64,000 bases of DNA from Octopus sinensis (lineage: Eukaryota): positions 29,698,001 through 29,762,000 of the forward strand of contig NC_043007.1 in NCBI RefSeq assembly GCF_006345805.1, in the 5' to 3' direction. Shown one piece after another: positions 42,362-56,619 of this stretch. The translations under genes were made by a program, and so were the position numbers. The stretch's first letter is position 1. Each line of letters opens with the position of its first letter. The notes under the pieces are model-generated. The model did not search any database. It was not told the origin of the DNA and worked only from the letters and a program-made list of their open reading frames with translations.

Positions 42362-42924
42362 ATTTGTATGCGTATATGCGCGTATGTATGGTTGTATAAA
42401 ATTGCATGCATAGATACATATTTGCATATACATACACACACAAACACTTACACACACACATATATACAATACATATAGGTGTGTGCGTGCGTGTTTGTGT
42501 GCAATGGCTGTGTATGGGTGTGAGTGATGGCGGTGTCTTGATTATGTTATTTTGAGTCATTAGTCATCAGTCAATGAGCAATTATTGGTTTGGCAGTCAA
42601 TTGTGAGGAATGGTAGAAACAATACCACCATATCAATAGCATTGACAGTAATGCGACTGGAAGTCTTTCAGGAATATTCCAGTCACGTAATAACGGATGA
42701 TTCGAAACAGTGCCAGGGAAAACACTTCCTGTCTACAAATAACCATATCTTCAACCAGCACAACAACCGCCATCTGGTGGGGGAAACTAATGACGTTTTT
42801 CACTGGTTGCTTGAATCGAGAAAACAAGCAGGATGAACGCTATATAATTGTAATTGGTCGCTGGTGATGTATATGTGTGTGTGTATAACACACCCACACA
42901 TACGCGCGTGCATACATACATAAC

Positions 42925-42973
<49 letters not shown>

Positions 42974-42991
42974 TAGACAGACAGATAGATG

Positions 42992-43073
<82 letters not shown>

Positions 43074-43106
43074 GTAGATAGATAGATATACATACATATA
43101 TACATA

Positions 43107-43690
43107 CAGGATATGGCTGCGATAGTTATCTAATTTTCAATATATTGCTCTCTTCAAAGTAATTGAAAGGATTTTATTTCTTCTCAGATCCGCCATGGCA
43201 GATAAAATGCAAACACAAGAAATGGAAAGCGATGCAGTCCTTATTGCTGCCCTATGTACGGAACCCAGCGATTTAGAAATGACCAACTTTCTAAATGTTA
43301 CAAGATCTATTGTACAGAAAATCCGGATGGAACTGGTGACCTCTATCGGAAATGCTTTAAGTATATCGAAGACAGAAAAGACTTTCTCAACGTTCGGATA
43401 TTATAATGACTCTGCGAATCATCGAAAGGGCTGAAAATATTATCGATGATTGATCCCGGAAAATCAATGAGGGTCTTCGCCAAAAAGTATTTGGTGTTGG
43501 AGTGGACTATCAGAAACAAGGTGTACGAAGACATTCGATACACGTCTTACGTAACTAGAAGTGGCCAATTCGTGTCTGGAAAGTCAAGAAAGTTGTGTTA
43601 AACGGGCCAAATATTTATTTAACAAACTTAAAGACATTCACGAACATGGCAAATTTTGGTTCTTTCATGGGAAAAGATTTCGACCGTATA
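43107..43690 (+). mobile_element. Tc1/mariner-superfamily transposase remnant
   Basis: HTH-like N-terminus, DPGKSMRVFAK, EDIRYTSY and RAKYLFNKLK..FWFF motifs. Confidence 0.6.
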
Positions 43691-43767
43691 TATGTATAAA
43701 TATATGTCTATATATTAATATGTATAGGCACATATATACACATATCTGACCATATAAAAGAATATAT

Positions 43768-43960
43768 GCAGGGCGCGATGGGTAAATTGTCGCCATTTTA
43801 TATTTTTAATTTCGCGCATACACATTGTTTTTGATTTTGTCCACTACACAGTATAGTAGGGTCAGTTAGGCACCGTCTGTGAGAAAAACAACAGCAGGAC
43901 GCAATTCACTTTGTCAGAAATTTGGAAATGACATGCAATATTGCTTAACATTCGCCCTGT
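43768..43960 (+). mobile_element. Tc1/mariner-like 5' end
   Basis: Begins cagggcgcgatgggtaaattgtcgccatttt, a TIR-like start (recognition only). Confidence 0.4.
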
Positions 43961-44145
43961 GTAATATGGAGATTATTTTCTTGATGTTGAAAGTGAAGCC
44001 TCATATCCTGTGTGCATCGGACAGTTGCAGCTCCTCACGGCACCATCGACCGCTCGAGAAGATGGATAATTTGATTTAGTTATTTTAGATGTTACAATTG
44101 CCTGCCTACGAAAACTATGCAAAATCAATGTTCAGCAGCGGTGAC

Positions 44146-44197
<52 letters not shown>

Positions 44198-44281
44198 GCA
44201 CTCGCGCTCTCTCGCTCGCTTCTCTCTCTCTCTCTTCTCTATCTCTCTCTCGCTCTCTCTCGCACTCTCGCTTCTCGCTCT

Positions 44282-44312
<31 letters not shown>

Positions 44313-45108
44313 CGCCTCTCTCTCGCACTTCGCCTCTCGCTCTCTCTCTCTTCTCTCCTCTTCTCTCTCCTCTCTCTCTCTCCGTCTTCTCACTGCCATC
44401 AATTGTAACTAAGAGAAAAGGTGAGATCAATTACAGACGTCAGACAATGAAAGGACATGACTGTTGATACATGACGCGGGTCAGTCAAGTTACTACTACT
44501 ACTACTACTACTACTACTACGAAATCGGAATACACCGCACGTATTCCAGTAGCGGTGATGTTGTAGTATGATCGTGCTGTTTGTGCGGCAATCCAGTTGC
44601 GTGATGTATTAGTAGAGTATGGTGGTGTGTTAGTGCTGTGGCAGTGTGGCGGTAGTGTGGTGGTAGTGTAAAACCAGTGGTAGTTTAGTAGCGTGGTAGT
44701 ATAGAGTTGAGTGGTTGCGGTGTGGCTCTATCTCAGCCGCGTTCCTCGATGGTTGTGTCAGAGGCGGCAGGACATAATTGGCGATACACAAATACATATT
44801 GTCTAAATATACATACACACATACATACGTACACACGTATATATATACTGTCTCTACACACATATACTGAATAAATGTGTGTGTTTGCGTGTGTGTGACA
44901 AATGACAATATGGAGGAAGCCAATTGCCTATGATGTCGTCATCACTTCTACCGCCAGCATTATCCCTATAACACGATCACTATTACCAGCCTCATTACCA
45001 ACGTGTAAGTGAATTTATATATGCTTAGAGTCGCATACATCTCCGAAAAGATGTATCACATATATACATTCCTTTGATATGCATATATATATATATAATA
45101 TATATATA

Positions 45109-45149
<41 letters not shown>

Positions 45150-45152
<3 letters not shown>

Positions 45153-45356
45153 AATTACACAAACACACAAATGTACACACACATATATATATACGACGGG
45201 CTTCCTTCAGTTTCCGTCCACCAAATCCACTCACAAGGCTTTGGTCGGCCCGAGGCTATAGCAGAAGACACTTTCCCAAGGTGCTACACAGTGGGACTGA
45301 ACCCCGAACCATGTGGTTGCGAAGTAAGCTCCTTACGACACAGCCACGCCTACGCT
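45150..45356 (-). mobile_element. SINE family 2 head, part of a local duplication of 46030-46283
   Basis: Nearly identical to 46030-46226 including the non-SINE flank. Confidence 0.85.
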
Positions 45357-45443
45357 TATCCTATCTATCTATCGATCTATCTACCTATCAATCAATTTAT
45401 ATATATATATAGTAAAGAGCAGGCTGCACGGAGCGCCGCATGA

Positions 45444-45723
45444 ATAAATCAAAGGTAGAACAGAAAGAATACAACAAGCGGGAAAATAGACGATAGCACG
45501 ATAAACGTCAAACGAGACATAAACAAGATACACGGATCATTCGCAGCCGATTTGCTCATCAATCCGGGACGTCCTTGTCCTTTCCTCATCAGTCCAGACT
45601 GCGACTGATGAGCAAATCGGCTGCGAATGATCCGTGTATCTTGTTTATGTCTCGTTTGACGTTTATCGTGCTATCGTCTATTTTCCCGCGTCTGGCCTTC
45701 TTTCTGTTCTACCTTTGATTTAT
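45444..45723. mobile_element. Fold-back element, ~118-bp arms 45444-45561 / 45606-45723, with CTGATGA motifs
   Basis: Arms are reverse complements; gaCTGATGAgca..tgcGAATG on the right arm; an extra tcatcag in the spacer. Confidence 0.85.
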
Positions 45724-45734
45724 ACGCGCACGCA

Positions 45735-45792
<58 letters not shown>

Positions 45793-45829
45793 ATGCACCT
45801 GCACCTGCACAAACACACACAATCTTTAT

Positions 45830-46226
45830 TTTATTCTTTTATTTGTTTCGGCCATTTGACTGTGGCCATGCTGGAGCATCGCCTTTAGTCGAACAAATCG
45901 ACCCCAGGACTTATTCTTTGTAAGCCTAGTACTTATTCTATCGGTCTCTTTTACGGAACCGCTAGGTCATGAGGATGTAAACACACCAACATCGGTTGTC
46001 AAGCGCTGGTGGTGGAACAAATACAGACACAAACACACAAATGTACACACACATATATATATACGACGGGCTTCCTTCAGTTTCCGTCCACCAGATCCAC
46101 TCACAAGACTTTGGTCGGCCCGAGGCTATAGCAGAAGACACTTTCCCAAGGTGCTACACAGTGGGACTGAACCCCGAACCATGTGGTTGCGAAGTAAGCT
46201 CCTTACGACACAGCCACGCCTACGCT
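45830..46226 (-). mobile_element. Full-length tRNA-derived SINE family 2
   Basis: Head ggcgtggctgtg..ggttcagtccc (A/B boxes), internal CA/TA microsatellite, tail ending gaaacaaataaaagaa. Confidence 0.85.
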
Positions 46227-46283
46227 TATCCTATCTATCTATCGATCTATCTACCTATCAATCAATTTATATATATATATATA

Positions 46284-47318
46284 TAAAAGTAAAAAAATTA
46301 AAAAATATACAAACTGGGACAAGAACGTGAAACATTTAGATGACACAAAAAACACGGACGCGACATTCGAAGCTCACAATCATCAGTCAAGAACCGGATC
46401 ATCCTCTCAATTTCGGCTGATTAATCTTGAGATTGCTCCGATCTGGGTAGCCCCCAAGGGAAATCTAAGCCAAGCGCATTAGATTCCTTGGAAGAAAGCC
46501 TCGAATGTATACAACACAGACGGAAAACGGACGGTGTTACACGAATAGAAATACAAAAATACGTAAAAACAATAATGATAGCACGAATAAGAATACAAAA
46601 TACGTAAAAACAATAATGGTAATAATAACAACAAAACCAAGGACATCAGGACAAGCGTCTTTTCGACAGGACGAGTTAAGTTTTTGAGCTGGCTATAGAA
46701 GAGTACCTTAAGGCCACAGAGAACAAACAAGTGTGTCTTGCCACAATGACTGCTGGATGCGAAAAGGCAGTAGTCGGTGGCTGGTCACACGAGGACAAAA
46801 GAGAGGAGAAAGGGACAGATGAAGAGAGAAAGAAGGGAAACAAGGAACAAAGGAGGAGAAGAAAGAGAGGGAAAGAGAGAGATCAAGTGGAGTGTAAGGT
46901 GTGAGAGGCAGAGAAATGTAGGAGAGGGGGGACAGATGAAGAGAGAAAGAAAGAAGGGGAACAAGGGAGGAGAAGAAAGAGAGAGAAAGAGAGAAAGATC
47001 AAGGGGAGTGCAAAGGGTGAAGGCAGAGAAACGTAGGAGAGGGGAAGAGACAGTGTAGTAGAGTCGTACCAATGTTAAAGAGTATATACTTACGTATAGG
47101 GTCAAAAAGGGGTACGTAGCCGCTATGTATATATGTAAAAGTAAAAAAATAAAAAAATATACAAACTGGGACAAGAACGTGAAACATTTAGAAGACGACA
47201 CAAAAAACACGGACGGGACATTCGAAGCCCTCAATCATCAGTCAAGAACCGGATCATCCTCGCAATTTTGGCTGATTAATCTTGAGATTGCTCCGATCTG
47301 GGCAGCCCCCAAGGGAAA
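46284..47318 (-). mobile_element. Element with ~180-bp direct terminal repeats (46284-46462 / 47134-47318), pseudo-LTR-like, in TA context
   Basis: Repeats ~90% identical by eye, each with ttgaCTGATGA..cGAATG on the minus strand. Confidence 0.6.
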
Positions 47319-47625
47319 TATATATACATTATAACATATATAAAATATATCAAACTAGATAAACTATCTCAACCATTTATTCCTTTCTACCTACATTCCG
47401 CAAACATGTATTTCCTCTTGTTCTTTTTCATCCGCCTCTTTTACATAAACACTTGTACTTTCTACCTACAAATTAATACCATTCTTAAGTTTCATATACA
47501 CATTGCTCTACCCACCAAAGAAATACCCTACCAAAACACTAGTATATAAAACTTGGCATCCTGAAAACCAAACTGAATCACAGTCTGATGACGGAAAGTA
47601 AACCTAAGCGTCGAAGTTACTGCCT

Positions 47626-47676
<51 letters not shown>

Positions 47677-48006
47677 ATATATATATATATATATTCATGT
47701 GTCTGTGAATTTATGTGTAAGTATATTTAGAGTGAGAAAAGAGTGGGGTGGTGGCGGTGGCGGTGGGGTGGCAGATCGTGTGCATTGTTCTTTTGATCCT
47801 CACTAAACTCGTTATTGTTTTTTATTGCTTCCAGTCTGTTGACTCACGGCCTTGAAACTGCCAGTGACAGCTTTACTGTTTGTTCTTCCTGCAGCAGGTG
47901 ACATTGGCTCATCGTTGTTAAGCTGCTACAGCGTTCATCTCCAACAACCTTATACGTCATCTCTCCCGCCTCTTTCTTTCTTTCTCTATCACTTCTCTTT
48001 CTCTTA

Positions 48007-48045
<39 letters not shown>

Positions 48046-48373
48046 TCTCCCTCTCTCCTCGGTTGCACTATATTCCGGTGACAAGATAAAGTAAGACCGA
48101 AACGTTCCACATTTATCATAATCAATAATTACACTCACTCCTCACCGGATTCTGTTTTTAATTAATTTTTGAGGAAACGCTATTCCAATTCGTTTCCCTT
48201 TTCTGTTTTACCGCCAGAATTATTCAATTGATGCGTAAAAGAACTTTTGCGCATCACAAACGATTTACCTTTTAAGTAATTAAAACTACACATGTGTGTG
48301 TTTGTATACATATATGCATATGTGTGTGTACATATATACGTACATATATACGTACATATATACATATATATAC

Positions 48374-48409
<36 letters not shown>

Positions 48410-50144
48410 ATTGTTGGATGAATGGATACATGGATGTGCATCATTCAATAATGGATATTGATGATGGCTATAATCATCATGGAGATTCGACAAACTGGTG
48501 ACCCTCTTCTTCTGCCACTCTGGTCATCATAAATACAGTAAGCGATTGATTGATCTGTTGGAAACTTAACAACTATTGATCGTTAATTGTCATCGATTAA
48601 AAATATATCAAATGATCCTTATATCGATAATCGATAAGATATATTTCTTTGAACCGAGTGGAACATATGTAAATGTTGTTTACATAAAATGTTCAATGTC
48701 ATGCTCCATTCAACCATTCTTATAACATTATATATTATAATATTATTTGTGTAATAAATACCTTGTGTGCTTTTATATATTTCGTGTAATACAAAGGAAG
48801 TTAAATCAAGCCCTACTGAATTTATTTCCAATGTTACTATACGCTTTTATGAACTGATGGTGACAGGTTGTGGGAAACGAGTATAATTATTCATTTATCC
48901 TCCAGTGATCTCCCCTTAACGGTTTGTTAATATTGTACTTGCAATGGCCGTTAACAATTCGCAAAGTCAGTGTCTGCATCATATTGAAACACACTTATTT
49001 TCTCCAGTCTTTTCGCAGTTTACTTTTCTTGCTAGTATTTTGTAGTAATAAGGATGGAAATAAAAATAAAAGTAATTTCAAACTTCGCCCTGAAAAAACC
49101 CCCAAAATTTACGAAATTAAATATTACCTGCCATTCTTCTGCTTGCTCAACATTCAAAGTTGACCAACAGGACTTCGGAAATTCCACAATGTAAGTCAGC
49201 TTATTTGAAATCATTATAGTAAACCCGAAGAAGGAATTTCAAAGAATTCATTTAAAATCCTGCCTTTTAATCAAAACTGTCCTTTTAGAGATAATCGAAA
49301 TGAACTTAGAAAATGTTGCTTGTGTTTCTTCTTTTAATATGGTTGACAAATGTGTTGTGCTTTATAGTTTAAGGATACGAAAGATGAATTAAGATGATAA
49401 AACTTATTCTTATATAAAATAAAATACATTTTTCATTGTCCAACAACCACCAAGGATCAGTCAAAGTTATTTATCAATTGAGATTATTTTCATTTCATTT
49501 CAGTTCAGGTCAGTTCAGCTACATATATACTTGTATAGCTATTAATATATTTCTCTGTTTGCATATCTGTAGACGTACCTTGATACATATCTATTTAGCT
49601 AGCTAATTAGCGCATTAACGATCATATCTGCATTCCCCTCTGTATCTGTCTACTCTCATAATACCATAAGTATTTAAACCAAATAACAGAAAAATTAATA
49701 ATGGCGGTGCCTTTGGTCTGGAACATGTAAATGATGAAAGTGTAACATCCACAGCTGTTTGATAACTAAAGCTATTTCACTTTAATTTAGCTATCTATCG
49801 ATATATCTTTTATAGTAGTTAGATTTATAAATCTTCATGACATTGTTTCACAACATTTCGACATTGTTTCGACCGTGCCTGCGATTTGAGCACACAAATG
49901 CAGAATAATAGAGACTCACTCTCTCTCTCTCTCTCAGTTTTCTCTTCCCCTTCTTCCTTTTTCTCTCTTAGTCTCCCCTTCTCCCTCTTTCTATATATAG
50001 TTCTCCATTCGAATATTATCTCCCTTGGCATAAGCGTAGCACCCGGGCAAAAGAAAACAGTAACGCAGGAAAGCGTAGAATATTATCAAAGATAACTTTT
50101 CTGTAATCGGTGGAATTTTCCATTGAGTAAAATTTTTTTTACTT

Positions 50145-50328
50145 TAGGCACACGGCCTGAAATTCTGTGAAAATCGATTAAATCGACCCCAGTGCTCAAC
50201 TGGTACTTATTTATATCAACTCGAAAGACAAAGTCGACCTCGGCGGAATTTGAACTCGAACGTAAAAACAGACGAAAGGCTACAAAGCATTATACTCGGC
50301 GTGCTAATGCTTCTACCAGCTCGCCGCC
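50145..50328 (-). mobile_element. SINE family 1
   Basis: atcgaccccagtgctcaactggtactta..aagtcgacctcggcggaatttgaactc..ccagctcgccgcc. Confidence 0.8.
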
Positions 50329-50619
50329 GATATTCGTGAAATATCAAAGCAAATATTGACCAGAAAAGTGAAGTTTTGCTCGTGATTGCTCAATGCAAAC
50401 TCATGCGGCGAGTGACTAGATCTCTATTTGAATAGAAAAGTAATTTTTTATATATATTTTGTTATTGCTTTCATTATATTAAAGTAAGGGAGACACTTAA
50501 ACCTATCACTATTGATGACAAGGGTCCACTAGTTTCAAAGGAATTTCTGTGACCGATGTTATGCAATCAAGTGAAATCCGCTCTAAATTGAGCATGTTTA
50601 TTTTTGTGTGTGTATGCGT

Positions 50620-50670
<51 letters not shown>

Positions 50671-51435
50671 CGTGTGTGTGTGTGTGTGTGCGTGCAGTGT
50701 GTGTGTGTGTATGCGTGTGCGTGTGTGTGTGTGTGTGCGTGTGCGAGGTGTGTGTGTGTGTATGCGTGCGTGCCTCTGTGTGTGTGTGTCTGTGTGTGTC
50801 TGTGTGTGTGTGTGTGTCCGTGCGTGTGTGCGTATGCGCACACGTGTACGTCCATGTTGAAAGTAATGATAATATTACTCTGCTATTTCTGTGGATTTCG
50901 TTGTTGTTGTCGTCGTTGTTGTTGTTGTTGTTGTTGCTGCTGCTGTGGATTTCGTTGTTGTCATTACCGTGCCCACCACTGCGGTGCTTCCCGCCATTGC
51001 TACACATCTTAATGAAACTGCTGTGTCCGTTACTACCGTTTATGCAAATCAGGTTTTCCGGTTTAGTGAAGTCCCTAATTGTAGTGACTATACATACGAC
51101 ATCTACATGAAAAGACTACAGGTATAAGATGAGGTTGCTATCTCTTATCAGTTTCTCAAATGAAATCCACGTCTGTTAACGAAATAATTGTTTTTCTCTC
51201 CACATTGACATTATAAAGACATTTGTTTCAATTTATCTGCGATATACAATTACAAAACACACCATGTTTGCTAAAGTGTTTATTACTACGACAGATTTAT
51301 TCCACGGTATGTGTAAACTCTCGAAAACCCACGGCTTAGTGTGTCAAACATTAATTTACATGCATACGTATACATTTGCAAGCGATATATAATATATATA
51401 TATATGTATTTATATACAGATATAAATATACATAC

Positions 51436-51467
<32 letters not shown>

Positions 51468-51481
51468 ATATATATATATAT

Positions 51482-51880
51482 AGACATATATACATGCATG
51501 CATGCGCATCCATACATGTATATTTATATATACGTATATCTGCAAACATATGTACAACATACATATAAATATACGTATACATGTACATGCCCAGCTTCAT
51601 ATATATATGCATGTATGTATGTATATACATATAAATATATACATATATATATATATTATATATATATATATATAATATATATATATATATAGACATATAT
51701 ACATGCATGCATGCGCATCCATACATGTATATTTATATATACGTATATCTGCAAACATATGTACAAACATACATATAAATATACGTATACATGTACATGC
51801 CCAGCTTCATATATATATGCATGTATGTATGTATATACATATAAATATATACATATATATATATATAATATATATATATA
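51482..51880. repeat. Tandem duplication of a ~210-bp TA/CA-rich unit
   Basis: agacatatatacatgcatgcatgcgcatcc..atgcccagcttc occurs at 51482 and 51691. Confidence 0.85.
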
Positions 51881-52579
51881 TGCATATGCATGTGCGTGTG
51901 TGTGTGTGTGTGTGTGTAAGTAATGGTGGTGGTGGTGGTTTTAGTGGAACTATCGTTGGTTATGCCGATGGTGATTGTGATATGATGATATTGGTGGTTA
52001 TGGCGACAGTGATAGACGTGGTGGCGGCGGTGGTGGGATTGTGGATTGTGTTTACTGATGATGATGATGATGATGCTGCTAATGTTTTTACTATTGATCG
52101 TGATGGTAGTGATGGTGCTGGGTGATGGGGGTGGGGGTGGAGCGGCGGTGGCGGTGATGTTGTTGATGCTGGTTGTTGTCATGGTGATGGTGGCGATGTT
52201 ACTCGTCTGCACAGCAGACAACGATGTGCTGACTGATGCCAGAGACTAGATAACTTACCTGGCTGAATAATTAATTACCGTGCGAGAGTCCCCGCCCACT
52301 TCAGCTGCCGTCCAATCATCGCAGCCGTCGTAGCACTGACCGTGGCATTGAACCCAGCTTGAATCCCTGCTGGCAGCAACGACATCTTTAGTCGACCAGC
52401 AACATTAGAACAAGAATTGCGGTTATTAGTTCTGTCTTTGAAATGGTCTTGAAATATGGAGAGACGGGAGGTGAGGGCGTTGATGCCTTTCAAGAACGTC
52501 AATGCGTTGGTGGTATTGCATCGAGGTGGCACCGACGTTAATAATTTTTATGATTTCTGTTGGGGGGCTGGAGGCTATA

Positions 52580-52735
52580 TTCGATGATTGTCAGCCCCAG
52601 CGTTCAAAGGGTGCTTTATTTCATTGACCCCGCGAAAGGATCAGAGGCAAAGTTGACCTCGGGCGGAATTGGAACTCAGAACTTAAGGAATGGGAAGAAT
52701 TTTGTCCAGCGCGGTCACCATTCCGCTCGCTCGTC
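52580..52735 (-). mobile_element. SINE family 1, degenerate (another at 52950-53060)
   Basis: ggcaaagttgacctcgggcggaattggaactcagaac. Confidence 0.6.
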
Positions 52736-53126
52736 ATCTTAATCATCATCATCATCATCTTAATCATAGCAAGGATTTCTTTATTGACTACAAAGGGTTT
52801 ACATTAAGGAAAACATCAGGGGACAGGACAGGACGAAAGAAAGAACGTGTGTGGGTGTGGGGGGCGTGTTGCTGTTGTGATGGTCTTTTGCGTGTAAACA
52901 AGTTTGATAATGGATTCGAATTTTGGATCAGGCTCAACCAGTGTTTGACGGGAAGAGAAAGGTCGATTATATCAACCCCGATGCTCGAATGGCCCTTTAT
53001 TTGACCGACCCAGACTGAACGAAGGGCAAATTTAATATTGGCCGAATTAAAAGCAGAACGTCAGAAGCCGCTATAAAAATAATGATAATAATAATAATAA
53101 CGATTAAGGTGGTGGTGGTGGTAATG

Positions 53127-53158
<32 letters not shown>

Positions 53159-53160
53159 GG

Positions 53161-53198
<38 letters not shown>

Positions 53199-53747
53199 GT
53201 GATGACGATGGTGATGGTGATGCAGCAACAACAAAATCATCAGTAACAACAACAACAACAACAACAATAATAATAATAATTATAATAATAATAATAATAA
53301 TTATTATTATTATTATATTATTATTTTATTATTATTATTATTGTTATTGTTATAACTATCATTATTAATCGTTTTGTTGTTTTTGTTATCATCATCATCA
53401 TCATCATCATCATTACCATTATAATAAAAAAAGACCACGGTACAATACGAATGTAATTCTTCGAATGTAACGAACCGTTTATAAGCAAGTAGAGGCATGC
53501 ACTCCACAACATCTCCTTTTAAAACCCGTCACCCTATAAACCTGACCCTTCGTCTTGGAACGCAACAGCGGTAGCAGCAGAGCAGCGTCAACAGTGCAGC
53601 AGAATTGGTAGGAGAGAACGATGCAACGCGAACGGTGCAGTTGCAACAGTACCGAGTCTATTGTTGAGGCTGCAAGTGCACCACAGGTGGCGCTGGTGCA
53701 GGGGGTGAGGGTGGCGGCGACGGCGGCGGGGGGGGACACCGCTGTCA

Positions 53748-53748
53748 C

Positions 53749-53796
<48 letters not shown>

Positions 53797-53818
53797 AGTA
53801 GTAGTGGTAGTAGCTGTT

Positions 53819-53876
<58 letters not shown>

Positions 53877-53908
53877 TAGTAGCTGTTGTAGTAGTAGTAG
53901 TAGCTGTT

Positions 53909-53957
<49 letters not shown>

Positions 53958-53971
53958 TAGTAGTAACTGTT

Positions 53972-54057
<86 letters not shown>
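53748..54057. repeat. (GTA)n microsatellite with GTG/GTT variants
   Basis: Direct reading. Confidence 0.95.
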
Positions 54058-54270
54058 GAACATGGCGAACCAGTACACGTGTGTCACCGTCCACACGCCT
54101 GTTTCAATGACGACTTCCGGTGTCATCTGTCTTCCAGTGTGTGTGTGTGTGCAAGTGTTTCTATGTAGGAATACATGCGTATATAGTATGCATGTTTACG
54201 TGTAGATATGTATGTATGGGTATGTCTGCGTATGTATGCACATACGGACGTATGCATATAGATGCATTCC

Positions 54271-54301
<31 letters not shown>

Positions 54302-54970
54302 TTATATAGGCATGCATTGATATGCATGCGTACGTATGTGCATACATACGCAGACATACCCATACATAGATTATGTGTATATATATATCTGAGTGTGTGT
54401 GTGAGTGCGCGCGCGTTTATGTTCGTACGTGTATATGTATAAGAATAGAAAGTTATACACGCACGTACATATATATAAACTTAGAGAGCTCCACACGCGC
54501 GCACACACACACACAGATACATACATGCATCCACATACACACATATATACGTAAGTATATCTGGGTACATCTGTGTATGTATATGTATGCACGTATGTGT
54601 TTATGCATACATATGTACATACGAAGGCATATATATATATATATATATATATATGCCTTCGTATATACATATAAGTACTCACATACACATATATATATGT
54701 GTGTATATATATGTATATATGTACTTATATATATGAAATTAATATAGATAGTTGTGTGCAATGTGTTACCAAAAAGGAAAACAATAATTGTCCCTAAATA
54801 TGACTAGTGTGTTAGAACACCTACATTGCTAGAAATAAGAGTTAAAAAGCTCCAACGCCGTAGTTAAAGGACAGAATTGTATCCATATAGACTGAGGGGG
54901 ACTGTAAACGCCAGAAAGCATCAGTCGAGAAATTCCCTAAACTGATCGGCCAGTTTCGGCTAATTTCGTA

Positions 54971-55010
<40 letters not shown>

Positions 55011-55050
55011 ATCTATCTATCTATCTATCTATCTATCTATACACGCACGC

Positions 55051-55098
<48 letters not shown>

Positions 55099-55387
55099 CA
55101 CACACACACACACTCACACACACACACACACACATATACTTCGTTTTTGCATTTGACTCGCAAGATTCCTTATGCGAGTTCGTGTGTTGAAGCATATATT
55201 GTTATCTCTGGGGAGGGTAATTCTCTTTTAGTGCCTTGTAATCTAACACACTCACTATTTTGATTTCCACTCATTTCCTTATTTACTTTTCCTAGGAAAA
55301 ATAAATAAATAAATGAGTGGAAACTTTACCAGTGAGTGTGTTAAATAACAAGGCACTAAAAGAGAATGACTCTCCCTTGACACAACA

Positions 55388-55419
<32 letters not shown>

Positions 55420-55683
55420 ACAGACATAGACCAAGGAATGTATACATGAATTCATGTACACACCAGTACATCTATGCGATATGTGTATGTATTAACACTT
55501 ATATTGTGGAGTACACGTGTATATATCACATGTATACAACACCTGTATACAACACCTGTATACAACACCTGTATACTCCAGCACATGTATTGGGCCACAC
55601 TCAGCCACACTCTTGACAAGAGACGAGCAGAAGTCGTTGTGTTTGTATGTTCTGTGCCAAGGGTGGCGTGGAGTAGTGTATTG

Positions 55684-55734
<51 letters not shown>

Positions 55735-55806
55735 CAAATGCATGGATGGATGGATGACAGATTGAAAGGCAGACAAACAGACAGACAGACAGACAGATAG
55801 ATAGAT

Positions 55807-55937
<131 letters not shown>

Positions 55938-55964
55938 AGAAAGAAAGAAAGATAAATATTTTTC

Positions 55965-56440
55965 TTTATTGGCCACACAGGGCTGATCACAGAGGGGACA
56001 AAATACAAAGTAGAGCTTTTCTTTTTAGGTAGAGAAGGAAAAAACGGGAGAGGGGTGGTGAAATTTGATCAAATGGGATCTTTAAAAAAAAAAAAAAGAA
56101 TTGCCGATCAATAGGGATCGCGTATCACAGAAATGTCATAATATAAAAAGGGGAAACAGATTAGGTTTATCCGTGGAAAGAAAAGCCTACGGAAAAGACC
56201 ACGGTAACCTCGGGCAATAATGTCATGCAAAAAACACATTACAGTAAGTGACTCTTTTTTATCCTTTAATTTTTTGTTCATAGGATTATGTGAAGCTGGC
56301 TCCATCATTCACACGTGCCATCCTTGCTACATTCACCCATCTTTTTTTTAAACATCCACTAGACAAAACTTCCCTCTCTACTCTCACCTTCCAATCTGTA
56401 ATGAAATTCCATCAACCTTCAATGTTAGGGCCATGGCATA
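55965..56440 (-). mobile_element. L1/Tx1-like LINE 3' end
   Basis: WKVRVEREVLS..KRWVNVARM C-terminus, UTR with AATAAA, and (CTTT)n on the plus-strand complement at its tail. Confidence 0.5.
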
Positions 56441-56619
56441 AACCAATTTTAGTGAAAGTGTTTATGAAATTCTAGTTTCGTTTCCTTATGATTAAAAAGT
56501 AAAATTAGGAGCGATTGTCACTAAAGGAAGGTCTTCACTGGTAGGTAGAGACAGGATTTTGAAAGGGATGTAATTGCATTAGAGTCGGAAGGGGAGAGTG
56601 GTGAGATGTCATATAAATA

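Noticed and set aside
47581-47622. cagtCTGATGA...GAAgttactg hammerhead candidate
   Set aside because: No GAAA or stem III and ambiguous stem II; at best a decayed copy
53479-54205. Mucin-like poly-Thr or poly-Val ORFs
   Set aside because: Derived from a (GTA)n microsatellite; no signal peptide, domain or splice support seen
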